Shown piece by piece: positions 10,846 to 20,524 of a stretch of 64,000 bases of DNA; the first letter of the stretch is position 1; each line of letters opens with the position of its first letter. Source of the stretch: Gemmatimonadota bacterium (GTDB taxonomy: Bacteria; Gemmatimonadota; Gemmatimonadetes; Gemmatimonadales; GWC2-71-9); assembly GCA_036679645.1 (NCBI GenBank), contig JAZDCY010000013.1:32001-96000 (forward strand), given 5' to 3'. The translations under genes were made by a program, and so were the position numbers. The notes beneath the pieces are model-generated. The model did not search any database and had not been told where the DNA came from. It saw nothing but the letters and a program-made list of their open reading frames with translations.

Positions 10846-12414
10846 ATGATTGTTCGGCTTGGGCTCGCCATCTTCGTGCTCTTCTCAGCGGTCGGGATCG
10901 ATGCTGCGCCCGCGCAAGTCGCGCCCGACCGTTTCCAGTTCCAGACCGACGAAGCGTTCGACGTCAGCGCTATCCCCGCGTACGACGCCAGCCACGACGC
11001 CATCTATCGCTACATCGAGGAACATCTCGACGAGCACCTCGCACACATTCAACGGTGGCTGCGCCAGCCGTCGGTGAGCGCGCAGAACATCGGCATCGCC
11101 GACATGGCCGAGATGCTGCGCAGCGATCTCGAGGCGCTCGGTTTTGTGGAGACGGCCCTCGTCCCGACCGATGGCCACCCCGGCGTCTGGGGATTCTACG
11201 ACGCCGGCGCGGACCGCACGCTGATGCTGTACTTGATGTACGACGTCCAACCGGTGAACCCCGAAGACTGGCGATCCCCACCCTTCGAGGCACGACTGGT
11301 CGATAGCGAGTTGGGGGAGATTCTGATGGCGCGCGGCGCCACCAACCAGAAAGGTCCCGAACGCGCCCTGTTGAACGCGCTCGAATCGATCATCGCGATC
11401 GACGGCGCCCTGCCCGTCAACCTCATGGTGGTCGCCGAAGGCGAAGAGGAACTCGGCTCGCCGCACTACCCGCAGATCATCGACCAATACGAGTCACGCC
11501 TGCGATCGGCCGACGGTGTGCTCTTTCCGTTCAACTCGCAGCGGCCGAACGGCGAGGCCGGACTGAGCCTGGGCGTCAAAGGGATTCTCTACACGGAAAT
11601 GGAAGCGACCGGAAACGAACGCGGTGGTCCTACGCGCGCAGAGATTCACGGGTCGTACAAGGCGATCGTGGATTCTCCCGTGTGGCGATTGGTGCAGGCG
11701 CTGGCGTCGCTCACGTCGCAAGACGGCAACACGATCCTCGTCCCAGGCTACTACGACCCCGTCCGCCCTCCAACGATGGAGGAGCAACGACTCATCAACG
11801 CACTCACCGTCGAGTGGAACGATGAGGGATTACAGCAGTCGCTGAGCGTCGAGCGATGGATCAATGGGATCACGGGCCGCGATGCCGTGATGCGCTACCT
11901 CTATCACCCCACGCTCAACATCGACGGCATCTGGGGCGGGTACACTCAAGAAGGGGTCAAGACGATCCTGCCGCACATGGCAACGGCGAAAGTCGACTCT
12001 CGACTTCCCTATGGCCTCACACCCGACTCGGCACTGGCGATGATTCGTCGGCATCTCGATGCCAACGGCTTCGACGATATCACCATCCGAGAGCTGTCGG
12101 GATACCCGGCATCACAAACATCCATCGAAGCCGGGCTGGTCCAGGCGGCGATCAGCGTGTTCCGGAAGTGGGGACATACCCCCTCGGTCTCCCCACGCCT
12201 CGCCGGCAGCGCCCCGTTCTACCAATTCACCGAGCGGCTCGGCCTACCCATGGTGTTCGGCGGGCTGGGCCACGGGTCTGGCGCGCACGCGCCAAACGAG
12301 TATATGGTGATCAATCCCCGCGAAGGATCGGACATCGCCGGGTTGGCAGAGATCGAGAAAGCATACGTCGATCTCCTGTTCGCGCTGGCTCGTGCCAGAC
12401 CGCGAACGGAATAG
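10846..12414 (+). CDS. Secreted M20 family peptidase (ArgE/DapE-like)
   Basis: MYDVQP, ARGATNQKG, EGEEELGS, HAPNE; GAGGAGG RBS. Confidence 0.9.
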   Translation: MIVRLGLAIFVLFSAVGIDAAPAQVAPDRFQFQTDEAFDVSAIPAYDASHDAIYRYIEEHLDEHLAHIQRWLRQPSVSAQNIGIADMAEMLRSDLEALGFVETALVPTDGHPGVWGFYDAGADRTLMLYLMYDVQPVNPEDWRSPPFEARLVDSELGEILMARGATNQKGPERALLNALESIIAIDGALPVNLMVVAEGEEELGSPHYPQIIDQYESRLRSADGVLFPFNSQRPNGEAGLSLGVKGILYTEMEATGNERGGPTRAEIHGSYKAIVDSPVWRLVQALASLTSQDGNTILVPGYYDPVRPPTMEEQRLINALTVEWNDEGLQQSLSVERWINGITGRDAVMRYLYHPTLNIDGIWGGYTQEGVKTILPHMATAKVDSRLPYGLTPDSALAMIRRHLDANGFDDITIRELSGYPASQTSIEAGLVQAAISVFRKWGHTPSVSPRLAGSAPFYQFTERLGLPMVFGGLGHGSGAHAPNEYMVINPREGSDIAGLAEIEKAYVDLLFALARARPRTE

Positions 12415-12432
12415 ATCACTCACTCAAGGCGC

Positions 12433-13674
12433 ATGAGAATGCAGTTCCGCTCGGTGTTCATCGCAGTGTTCATCGGCACGTCGCTGATCGTTGCAGCGCT
12501 GCTGATCAATCGCGCACGCCCCGCAAGGGAAACAGATCAACCGTCCGCCGCGTTCGTGCGCGCGACTGGGAAGTGCGCTGAATGTCATGCCGAGGAGACT
12601 GGTGCCATCGTGCACCAGTACGAGCGGAGCAAACATGCTGGGCAGGGCGTCACGTGTCTCGATTGCCACCAGACGCTCGCCGGACAGGATTCGCTCGACC
12701 ACCGCGGGTTTACGATCACCATCCGACCAACGTCGCAAAACTGCAGAGAGTGTCACACGACCCAGTACAACCAATTCGTCCGGAGCCGGCACGGCGCGCC
12801 GGCCTGGGCGGCCGTCCGCGGCAGCGAGGACTTCACCGAAGAACAGATCGCGTACGCGGAAGAGTATCACGCCGGCGCGGTGCGGCGTCCCCCTAACGCG
12901 CTCGCTCTGTTGGAAGGAACCGGTGCGGCGGAGGTCGGCTGTCTCGCGTGTCACGACATTGGCCGTCCCAACGCGGACGGCTCCATCGGTCGCTGCACGG
13001 AGTGTCATGCGGCTCACTTCTCATCGGTCGCACTCGCGCGCGAGCCGGCCACGTGTGGCCAGTGCCACATGGGCCCGGATCATTCCCAACTCGAAATCTA
13101 CAACGAGTCGAAACACGGCGTGCTGTTCAACGCGCAGCGAAACATGCTGAACCTGCAGGCCGACCCTCGCACACTCTCCACCGCAGACATGTCGGTCCCG
13201 ACCTGCGCCACGTGCCACATGAGCGGCCTCGACGGGATGAAGTTCACACACGACGTGACCGAGCGACTGTCCTACTGGCTCTTCGCTGCCGTCTCCGAGC
13301 GGCGGCCGAGCTACGTACGCGGACGAGCGGAGATGATGGAGCTATGCCAGAAGTGTCACACGGCAGGACGAGTCGAGCGGTTCTACGAGGATGCAGAGAT
13401 CGTGGTAGCCGCGACGAACGAGAGAGTGCGGGAGGCACGGGATCTCTTGAACGAACTGGTCGCCGAAGGACTGGTGACCGATCGTCCGTTTGATACCCCC
13501 ATCAAGTTCCTGTACTTCGATCTGTGGCACTACTATGGTCGGACCGCCAAGCACGGCGCGTTCATGGGCGGACCGGATTTTGTCCAGTGGCATGGCAACT
13601 ATGAACTGCTGCTCCACCTCCGGGAATTGGAAGAGATTGCCGAGCGACTGAGACGCCAGCGCGCCGAGAGGTGA
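12433..13674 (+). CDS. Octaheme cytochrome c, hydroxylamine oxidoreductase (HAO) family, reductive/epsilon-Hao-like
   Basis: N-terminal TM and eight CxxCH motifs (CAECH, CLDCH, CRECH, CLACH, CTECH, CGQCH, CATCH, CQKCH). Also GPDHSQLEIYNESKHG and GAFMGGPDFVQWHG. Confidence 0.85.
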   Translation: MRMQFRSVFIAVFIGTSLIVAALLINRARPARETDQPSAAFVRATGKCAECHAEETGAIVHQYERSKHAGQGVTCLDCHQTLAGQDSLDHRGFTITIRPTSQNCRECHTTQYNQFVRSRHGAPAWAAVRGSEDFTEEQIAYAEEYHAGAVRRPPNALALLEGTGAAEVGCLACHDIGRPNADGSIGRCTECHAAHFSSVALAREPATCGQCHMGPDHSQLEIYNESKHGVLFNAQRNMLNLQADPRTLSTADMSVPTCATCHMSGLDGMKFTHDVTERLSYWLFAAVSERRPSYVRGRAEMMELCQKCHTAGRVERFYEDAEIVVAATNERVREARDLLNELVAEGLVTDRPFDTPIKFLYFDLWHYYGRTAKHGAFMGGPDFVQWHGNYELLLHLRELEEIAERLRRQRAER

Positions 13675-14492
13675 GGGTACCGGAGACACTGAAGCAGCCG
13701 GCGGTACTGCTCGAGGTCTTTATCGCCGCGAACTTCGCGTTCCTATCGCTCGACATCTACCTAGCGCACTCCATCAATCGTTTCCGGCACTGGGCGGAAT
13801 GGGTTCCGTTCTGGTACTCCATCCTGGCCACGATTGCGCTTGCACCCGGTGTGTGGCGTGCGGTTACTGGATCCAATAACTCCGCCCGAAGGCGCACGGG
13901 GCTGGCCGTGGGTGCCGGTGCGATCATCGTCGGGATCGTCGGCATGCTCCTCCACCTCGAGAGTCATTTCTTTGGGATTCAGACGCTGCGGAGTCTCGTG
14001 TACATGGCGCCATTCGTCGCACCGCTCGCGTTCGCCGGTCTCGGGTTCCTCCTTCTCCTGAACCGAATGGAGGATCTCGCAGGGAGACCGTGGGCGCAGT
14101 GGGTGATCTTCCTGGCGTTGGGGGGGTTCGTCGGGAACTTCGTTCTCGCGTTGCTGGACCACGCGCAGAATGGGTTCTTCCTCACCACCGAGTGGATTCC
14201 GGTGGTCGCGAGCGCCTACGGGATTGGGGCGCTACTCGTGGTGCTGATGCGACCGGACGACGGGCGCGCCATGCGCTTCGCGATGGCAATGCTGGCGCTG
14301 CAAGTCGTCGTCGGTCTGGCCGGCTTCCTCTTCCACGGGACCGCAAACCTCGCTGGACCCGGCGGAGCACGGGAGAACTTTCTCTACGGCGCGCCCATCT
14401 TCTCACCGCTGCTCTTTCCCAACCTCGCCGCGCTCGCGGGTCTCGGTCTCATCGGCCTGGCGCGAACGAGAACCAGTTACGAGATACGTTGA
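13671..14492 (+). CDS. Polytopic membrane protein with an internal twofold repeat and four conserved-position His
   Basis: GTGA overlap with the octaheme gene; about 8 hydrophobic segments; repeat pattern H...F..EW.P / G...H / Y.AP..P. Confidence 0.8.
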   Translation: MRVPETLKQPAVLLEVFIAANFAFLSLDIYLAHSINRFRHWAEWVPFWYSILATIALAPGVWRAVTGSNNSARRRTGLAVGAGAIIVGIVGMLLHLESHFFGIQTLRSLVYMAPFVAPLAFAGLGFLLLLNRMEDLAGRPWAQWVIFLALGGFVGNFVLALLDHAQNGFFLTTEWIPVVASAYGIGALLVVLMRPDDGRAMRFAMAMLALQVVVGLAGFLFHGTANLAGPGGARENFLYGAPIFSPLLFPNLAALAGLGLIGLARTRTSYEIR

Positions 14493-14559
14493 TCTCTTGT
14501 TTGCGCTCGCCCGCCTCCTTCTTCCTCTATGTGGGGGTAGATACCGCGTTGAAGAATCT

Positions 14560-14893
14560 CGGAGCGTGACCGCAGCGGTTCGCTCGCCCGTCCGGTGGGC
14601 GACTTCCAGCGCTTCGTCGATTGGGGAGGCGGGGTGGATCTGTACGGATTCTTCGCGCTCGCGACGACTTCACGCCCGCGCTCCGTATCGGTACCGGAAC
14701 GCTGATGAGCCTCACGAACGGCAGGCACCCGGTGTCACTCGATTTTTCGGTGCAGTCGACCTATAACGGCGAAGCAGAATACCTGCGGCGCGGCGGCGTG
14801 CGCGACAACCCCGACGGCTCCATCACCGTCTTTCCCATTAGGAGCGACGCCAACCTGTTGAGCTTCCGAGTCGGGGTGGCAGTCAGGCTCTAG
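14560..14893 (+). pseudogene. Fragmented outer-membrane beta-barrel-like gene
   Basis: One frame reads LARPVGDFQRFVDWGGGVDLYGFF. Another reads DDFTPA...YNGEAEYLRRG...NLLSFRVGVAVRL* with a beta-signal-like end. No start or signal peptide; the middle is missing. Confidence 0.5.
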
Positions 14894-14899
14894 CGGCAG

Positions 14900-15965
14900 C
14901 TATCTCCCAATCCTGACCGGCACGCGCTTCGCACCCCACGCTCCCGGTGCGCCAGCGAACACCCCGGCGCACGGCGTCCCGCACGCAGCGCAGCGCCCGT
15001 CTTCCGTCAGGTTCCAGTCATGCAGCACATACCAGTCACGAGCGATGAGCGTCTTCCCGCAGGCGTGACAGACGGTGCTTCCCCCATTCAGATCGTGGAC
15101 GTTGCCCGTGTAGGCGTAGCGTACACCGTTGCGCACCGCGATCTCCCGCGCCCGCGTGAGCGTGGCAGCCGGCGTCCGCGGGATATCCAGCATCTTCCAG
15201 TCCGGATGAAATGCCGTGAAGTGCATCGGCACATCGGCCCCAATGTGCTCGAGCACCCAAGTGGTCATCCGGTCGATCTCGTCGCCCGAGTCGTTGTGCC
15301 CGGGAATGAGGAGCGTGGTGATTTCGAACCAGACGTCGGTCTCGTGCTTCAGATACACCAGCGTGTCGAGCACCGGCTGCAGGTGCGACTTCGTGGTGGT
15401 CCAGTAGAAGTCCTCGGTGAACGCCTTGAGGTCGACGTTGGCCGCATCCATGTAGGAATAGAATTCTCGACGCGGTTCCTCACACACGTATCCTGCGGTC
15501 ACGGCAACCGCCTTGATGCCGTGCTCCCGACACGCCTGTGCGACGTCGATGGCGTACTCGTGGAAGATCACCGGATCGTTGTACGTGAACGCGACGCTGC
15601 GGCACCGCCAACACTTCGGGGGACGCCGCGTCGGCCAAGGTCTGGGTTTCCCGTGACTTGCTGATATCCCAGTTCTGACAGAACTTGCACCCCAGGTTGC
15701 AGCCTGCCGTCCCGAAGGAGAGCACGGGCGTCCCCGGCAGGAAGTGGTTCAGTGGCTTTTTCTCGATCGGGTCGACGCAGAACCCGCTCGACCGGCCGTA
15801 CGTAGTGAGAACGATCTCCCCGTCCTGCCGCATGCGCACGAAACACATGCCGCGCTGTCCTTCACGCAGCTTGCAGTACCGCGGACACAGATCACACTGC
15901 ACCCGGCCGTCGTCGAGCGCATGCCAGTACTTGGTCGGGACGACCGACGAGACGAGTTCCGTCAC
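14900..15965 (-). pseudogene. amrS: AmmeMemoRadiSam radical SAM enzyme, frameshifted near 15605
   Basis: CDLCPRYC...DPIEKKPLNHF...GCNLGCKFCQNW in one frame; CRSVAFTYNDPVIFHEYA...NVDLKAF...AFHPDW in the next frame. Confidence 0.88.
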
Positions 15966-15968
15966 GCG

Positions 15969-16547
15969 TCAGTCATCCTCACTCCACGCCTCGCACTCGA
16001 ACCCGTATAGTTCGCTCGTCGATTCCCGCCACGCTTCGTCGGTCAGACCGGCCTTCTGACAGGTGGCGCGCAGAAAGGCGGGGACATCCCACTCGTGCCG
16101 CTCGGCGACTTCCGGCAGGAGAAGCCCCGACCCACGCGGGCTTACGATCATGAGGCCGTGGCGGCCCGTCACGATGGCGTCTGGCGCGAGACGTACCAGC
16201 GGCGTGAGCGCGTTGATGTCGATGCTAATGTCAGGCAATTCGCGTGAGGTCACCGGCTCAAACCGGGGATCGTCCGTTGCCGATGCGATCGCCATGTGCG
16301 CGACCGAGTCGGCAAGCGGCTGGCGCGGCCGCACCTCGCCGCGACACCCGCGTAACTCGCCGGTGTCACGACGGCGCAGCGTCACGAACGCGGCGCGATG
16401 TTCCTGGAGAGCGGGCGCAACTGTCTTGGGCCGTGGGCGTCGCCCGTGTGCCAGGTACTCCGAGAGCGCCGTTCGGGCAATGCGCAGCAGCACCTGTCGA
16501 TCGTCAGCCCCGAGCAGAGGCCGTGACGAGTGCGCGGTATCCATCAT
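15969..16547 (-). CDS. amrA: AmmeMemoRadiSam protein A (AMMECR1 domain)
   Basis: AFVTL...LRGCRG...DPRFEPV...GRHGL...GLLLPEVA...CQKAGL. Confidence 0.92.
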   Translation of the reverse strand: MMDTAHSSRPLLGADDRQVLLRIARTALSEYLAHGRRPRPKTVAPALQEHRAAFVTLRRRDTGELRGCRGEVRPRQPLADSVAHMAIASATDDPRFEPVTSRELPDISIDINALTPLVRLAPDAIVTGRHGLMIVSPRGSGLLLPEVAERHEWDVPAFLRATCQKAGLTDEAWRESTSELYGFECEAWSEDD

Positions 16548-16555
16548 GGGCTCCT

Positions 16556-17626
16556 CTAGGCAAACACCTCGGCGAGCCGTGCGAGATGCGCATCCGTGAG
16601 TCCCTCCATCTCGAAGCACGCAACGCCGGCGGCGCCCGCGTCGCGCGCCAGTTGCGCCGCCGCCCCCAGCTCGTCCGGAGTCAGGCTCGGCAGATAGAGC
16701 CCGGCGTGCAGCGGTGCCCCTGACGCCAGCGCGCTCACTCCTGCGCGAGTCGCCTCGGCGATCCACGATACGGGTTCCTCGTAGAACGAGTGGTACTGCA
16801 TGGGGAAGAACGCATCGAGCGGCCACCGGTCCCACGCCTGCCGCACCAGCTGGCGAGCGATCGACGGCGTGGGGAAGACCGCGGCCGTGATCGTCTTTCC
16901 GCGCGCGTGTACCGCACGAGCCAGCCCTTGCACGCATTCGGTCAACGTGTTCCAGCGGAACGTGCGCCAGGCAAGATGAGCGGGCGCATCGTCGAGTGTC
17001 ATCGGGTCAACGCCGCTCTGTGCCTGAAACGTGGCGCGGCACACATCGCAGTAGCAGAAATCGAACTCGGCGTGCTCCCGATCTTGTACCAGATCGTACT
17101 TCTCCCAGAGGCCAATCGGGAGAATCACGTCGGAGAACCGAATGTAGTCTAGGTGCACCCCATCTACGCCCGGATGCTCGGCCACGCGGCCGACGAGATC
17201 CTGCAGGTAGGCGCGGACCGGGGGCCGCGTGGGACATACCCACTTGTAGTAGCCCACGTACGGCGGCTTCTCGAGCGTAGAGTCGCCGTTACGGCTGATC
17301 GTGAACCACTCCGGGTGGTGCTCCTGCGCCCAGGCATCGCCGTTACGGTTCAGAATCCAGAGCCAGCGATGAAAGGTAAGCCCCGACGCGTGGGCGGCGT
17401 CGGCGAGGATTGCCGTATCGCCTCCGGACACTAGTACGCCGGTGATTCCGCTTTCCCGCAGCCGGGCAAAGCGCTCGCGCCACTCGGCGGGCTCCCGCTC
17501 ACGTCCACCGTGGACCCAGGTCCAGCCGGCGAACGTGCGCGATGGTCCGGCCATCGACTTGATGGGAACCACGCCCACCGCAGCCGCCGCTTGCGCGACC
17601 GTCCCGACGAACTCGCGTCGTCTCAT
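16556..17626 (-). CDS. Tat-exported glycoside hydrolase-like protein (GHL10/DUF187-like)
   Basis: MRRREFV twin-arginine signal; HPEW, DGVHLDYIRF, AAVFP, PMQY. Confidence 0.8.
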   Translation of the reverse strand: MRRREFVGTVAQAAAAVGVVPIKSMAGPSRTFAGWTWVHGGREREPAEWRERFARLRESGITGVLVSGGDTAILADAAHASGLTFHRWLWILNRNGDAWAQEHHPEWFTISRNGDSTLEKPPYVGYYKWVCPTRPPVRAYLQDLVGRVAEHPGVDGVHLDYIRFSDVILPIGLWEKYDLVQDREHAEFDFCYCDVCRATFQAQSGVDPMTLDDAPAHLAWRTFRWNTLTECVQGLARAVHARGKTITAAVFPTPSIARQLVRQAWDRWPLDAFFPMQYHSFYEEPVSWIAEATRAGVSALASGAPLHAGLYLPSLTPDELGAAAQLARDAGAAGVACFEMEGLTDAHLARLAEVFA

Positions 17627-18360
17627 GACTCGCTCTCAGCGCGCAGCTCCGCCCGCAGCCGCTCCAGCTCACGTTTGGCCGTCTCGGCCTGGGGGTGCTC
17701 CGGGAACCGCTCGACGAGGAGCGCAAGTTCCGGCAGAGCCTTCCGCGGAGTGTCGAGCTTGTTGCGATACAGCTCGATGATCTCCTGTGAGACCATGAGG
17801 CGGCGACCCATGTCGATGGCCGCATCTACGCGAGCGCGCTTGAACCACTGGAGCGAACGCTCGTAGTCCTCGAGCCCATCGCGATACATCCGCGCAATGC
17901 GAATGTACGGGTCGGGGTCTTCCGGAAACTCGGCCACGGCCAGCTCGTACGCGTCCACCGCTTCCGAATACAGCCCGCGCTTGGAGAGACTCTGCGCGTG
18001 GGAGTACTCACGCACAGCGGGCGTCGATTTGCCGGAGGGATTATGGAGTTTCCCCGCGACGGCTGCGCCACCGCGGGAAATGTTCAACGATAAGATCGAG
18101 ACAGCAACGCCGGCGAGTACACCTCCAAGCCACATGTAGTAGATGACCGGTGGCCCTATACCGGCGATCGCTGCGGCGATGCTACTCACGAAGATGGTTA
18201 TGGCCGCCACATAGGCACCCCATACGATCCCCTGGAGGCGGAAGGCGCGTTCCGCCAAATTTGTGTCCTTCACCTTGCCTTTTGGGCGTTCCGTGAACGT
18301 CCGCTTCGGAGGTGGGATGCGCGGTGGCACGTCTCTGGGCGTATCGGGCTCGGACATCAT
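17623..18360 (-). CDS. Membrane-anchored TPR protein
   Basis: Two TM helices followed by TPR-like repeats; its stop overlaps the next gene's start. Confidence 0.75.
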   Translation of the reverse strand: MMSEPDTPRDVPPRIPPPKRTFTERPKGKVKDTNLAERAFRLQGIVWGAYVAAITIFVSSIAAAIAGIGPPVIYYMWLGGVLAGVAVSILSLNISRGGAAVAGKLHNPSGKSTPAVREYSHAQSLSKRGLYSEAVDAYELAVAEFPEDPDPYIRIARMYRDGLEDYERSLQWFKRARVDAAIDMGRRLMVSQEIIELYRNKLDTPRKALPELALLVERFPEHPQAETAKRELERLRAELRAESES

Positions 18361-18384
18361 GGCTCCATTGGCGATGGCCCGCAC

Positions 18385-19158
18385 TCAAGATGCGCCCGCG
18401 CCGCGCGCCGCGCGAGCGGTACCGGGCCGGCCACGCCACAGCGTGAAGGGCCAGCCCCACAGCTCGCGCTGGCTGCACGGAGCAAACACCCGCCGTGACG
18501 CGTTGGACCCCATGATCACGAACACGCCGTAGACGAGCAGCCCGGTCGCCATGAGCAGGACACCGGCCGCGTTCTGCATGGGCAGAAGATCCATGCGCCC
18601 GCTCGCGTTGAACGCCATCCAGTCCCACAGGAAATGCCATGTCGTGGCAACGGTGGCGCATCCCACGAGCCACCAGGGCCACCGAGCCGCGCGCATCCTG
18701 GCCAGGCCAATCCCGAAGCACGCAATCCCGCCCAGCACGAGATGGCCGAGCACACGGACGACCTCGGTTGCCGGCAGCACGTCTGGAAGGACGGGCAGGT
18801 ACATCATGCGGTCGACCGATTCCGCCACCGCCATCCCGACACCCAGCACGGAGCCGTAGACCAGCCCGTCCATGGGATCGTTGAACTGCGACGGGACGAG
18901 GAACGCAAAGGCGCCTACCAGGAGGAGTCGGAGTCCCTCCTCATGGGTGGCGGCGACGAGCGCCACCTGCGTCAGCGAGGGATCCGCGATTGCGCTAAGA
19001 GTGAGCTCCTCGAGCACCGCCGCCAACCACATCGCGGCAACACCGACGAGGGCGGTGATGACCAGCAGGAAGACAGGCTCCCGCTCGTACAGGTCGTAGC
19101 GGTACACGAGGAGCCCAGCGAGAAGGGCACAGCACAACAGGGTCAGATAGAGGATCAT
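18385..19158 (-). CDS. PrsW family glutamic-type intramembrane protease
   Basis: D..EREP, EE motif (THEEGLR), FNDPMDGLVYG...G.A..E, conserved His, HFLWD. Confidence 0.88.
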   Translation of the reverse strand: MILYLTLLCCALLAGLLVYRYDLYEREPVFLLVITALVGVAAMWLAAVLEELTLSAIADPSLTQVALVAATHEEGLRLLLVGAFAFLVPSQFNDPMDGLVYGSVLGVGMAVAESVDRMMYLPVLPDVLPATEVVRVLGHLVLGGIACFGIGLARMRAARWPWWLVGCATVATTWHFLWDWMAFNASGRMDLLPMQNAAGVLLMATGLLVYGVFVIMGSNASRRVFAPCSQRELWGWPFTLWRGRPGTARAARGAGAS

Positions 19159-20402
19159 GTGACGGCCCGATCGCCACTACGCTCACCCATAAGTGCCTCG
19201 AGGAGACGTATCACCTCTTTGACCCCATCGACCCTTCCCAACTGAGAAGCGATGGCACGGGCGCGGCTCGCGTAGCCGTCGTTGCCGACGAGATCCCGCA
19301 GAAGTGTGGTGACTTGGCGCCGCCGGATGCGCTGCACCGGCACGCCGCGCGGCCCGATGCCCAGTACCCGAACACGATGGGCCCAGTAATACTGGTCGAG
19401 CAGGTGCGGGAGGATGAGCTGCGGTAGCCCTGCAAGCGCAACCGCTGTCGTCGTCCCTGCGCCGCCGTGGTGAACGACGGCGCGAACCCGCGGAAGAAGC
19501 TTCGTGTGCGGTGCCCGACCGATCGTGCGGCACCCGTCTCCTAGATCCAGTTCGTCCGGGCGCATGCCAGTCCACCCCGTCTGCACGAGCAACCGGCAGC
19601 CGACGTCGCGAGCGGCACGCGCAAAGAGGTGCATCACCTCACGGGCCCTGTCCGAGACCATGCTCCCGAACCCCAGCAGCACCGGTGCCGGACCGGCGTC
19701 GAGAAAACGCGCAAGATCGTCATCGAGGGCTTCCTCGGAGCGCAGCCGCAACGCACCCGTGACATGCACGTTGGCGGGGAAATCCGGTGGAGGAGTTGCC
19801 AGCACGGGCTCCGCCGCAAGCATGAGCGGAATTTCGGTCAGGTGCTCCATGACGTCCCCGATGCGTGGTAGGCCGAGGCGCTTCCGACCCCGACCGATCG
19901 CCTTCCCTAGCGCGCCTTTAGACATCACGCCAAACAGCCGCCAAAGCACCCGATTGATCGCGTGCGGCAGTCGCTGGTTTTTCACGAAGAACGGCGGATG
20001 GTAGGCGCTCGGGATCGTCACGGGTACGTACGCGACATACGCGTACGGCGTCCCCGACAGCTCGGCAACCGAGCGGGCGGCAAACTGGACTCCTGCTCCG
20101 ACCACGAGGTCGGCGCCGTCACAGATCGCGGGCAACTTCTCGAAGTGCAGCGGAATCAGTTCCCGCACGAGATAGCCCGTCTGATAGACGAAGTTCGCCG
20201 CCGCATCGCCCACGTCGCGCATGAAGCGCTCAACGTCCGTGCCGACAGGCTCAAACGCCAGGCCTTGTGCCGTGGCCCATGCACCGAAGTTCTCCGGGCC
20301 AGCCAGCAGCACGTCGTGGCCACGCTCAACCAGGCCGCGGCCCAGCGCGATCATCGGCTGGATATCCCCACGTGTCCCAAAGGGTGCTAGAACGACTCTC
20401 AT
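19155..20402 (-). CDS. GT-B glycosyltransferase (family 1/28, sterol glucosyltransferase-like)
   Basis: GTRGDIQP, GFGSM, HHGGAGTT, DQ motif. Confidence 0.9.
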   Translation of the reverse strand: MRVVLAPFGTRGDIQPMIALGRGLVERGHDVLLAGPENFGAWATAQGLAFEPVGTDVERFMRDVGDAAANFVYQTGYLVRELIPLHFEKLPAICDGADLVVGAGVQFAARSVAELSGTPYAYVAYVPVTIPSAYHPPFFVKNQRLPHAINRVLWRLFGVMSKGALGKAIGRGRKRLGLPRIGDVMEHLTEIPLMLAAEPVLATPPPDFPANVHVTGALRLRSEEALDDDLARFLDAGPAPVLLGFGSMVSDRAREVMHLFARAARDVGCRLLVQTGWTGMRPDELDLGDGCRTIGRAPHTKLLPRVRAVVHHGGAGTTTAVALAGLPQLILPHLLDQYYWAHRVRVLGIGPRGVPVQRIRRRQVTTLLRDLVGNDGYASRARAIASQLGRVDGVKEVIRLLEALMGERSGDRAVT

Positions 20403-20524
20403 ACGCGGCCGAAAGATACGTCGCTCGCCGCCCGATACGCGCCGCCTGCGTCGCGGAGATACCCGTTGGGTCACCCAGTCTTGGATCATCGCCTACCCGG
20501 AGGTAGACTCCCTCGAGCTACGTC

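Noticed and set aside
12433..13674. Evidence for ammonia oxidation or anammox
   Set aside because: No cross-link Tyr by register, the protein is short, and no amo, cyc or hzs genes are nearby.
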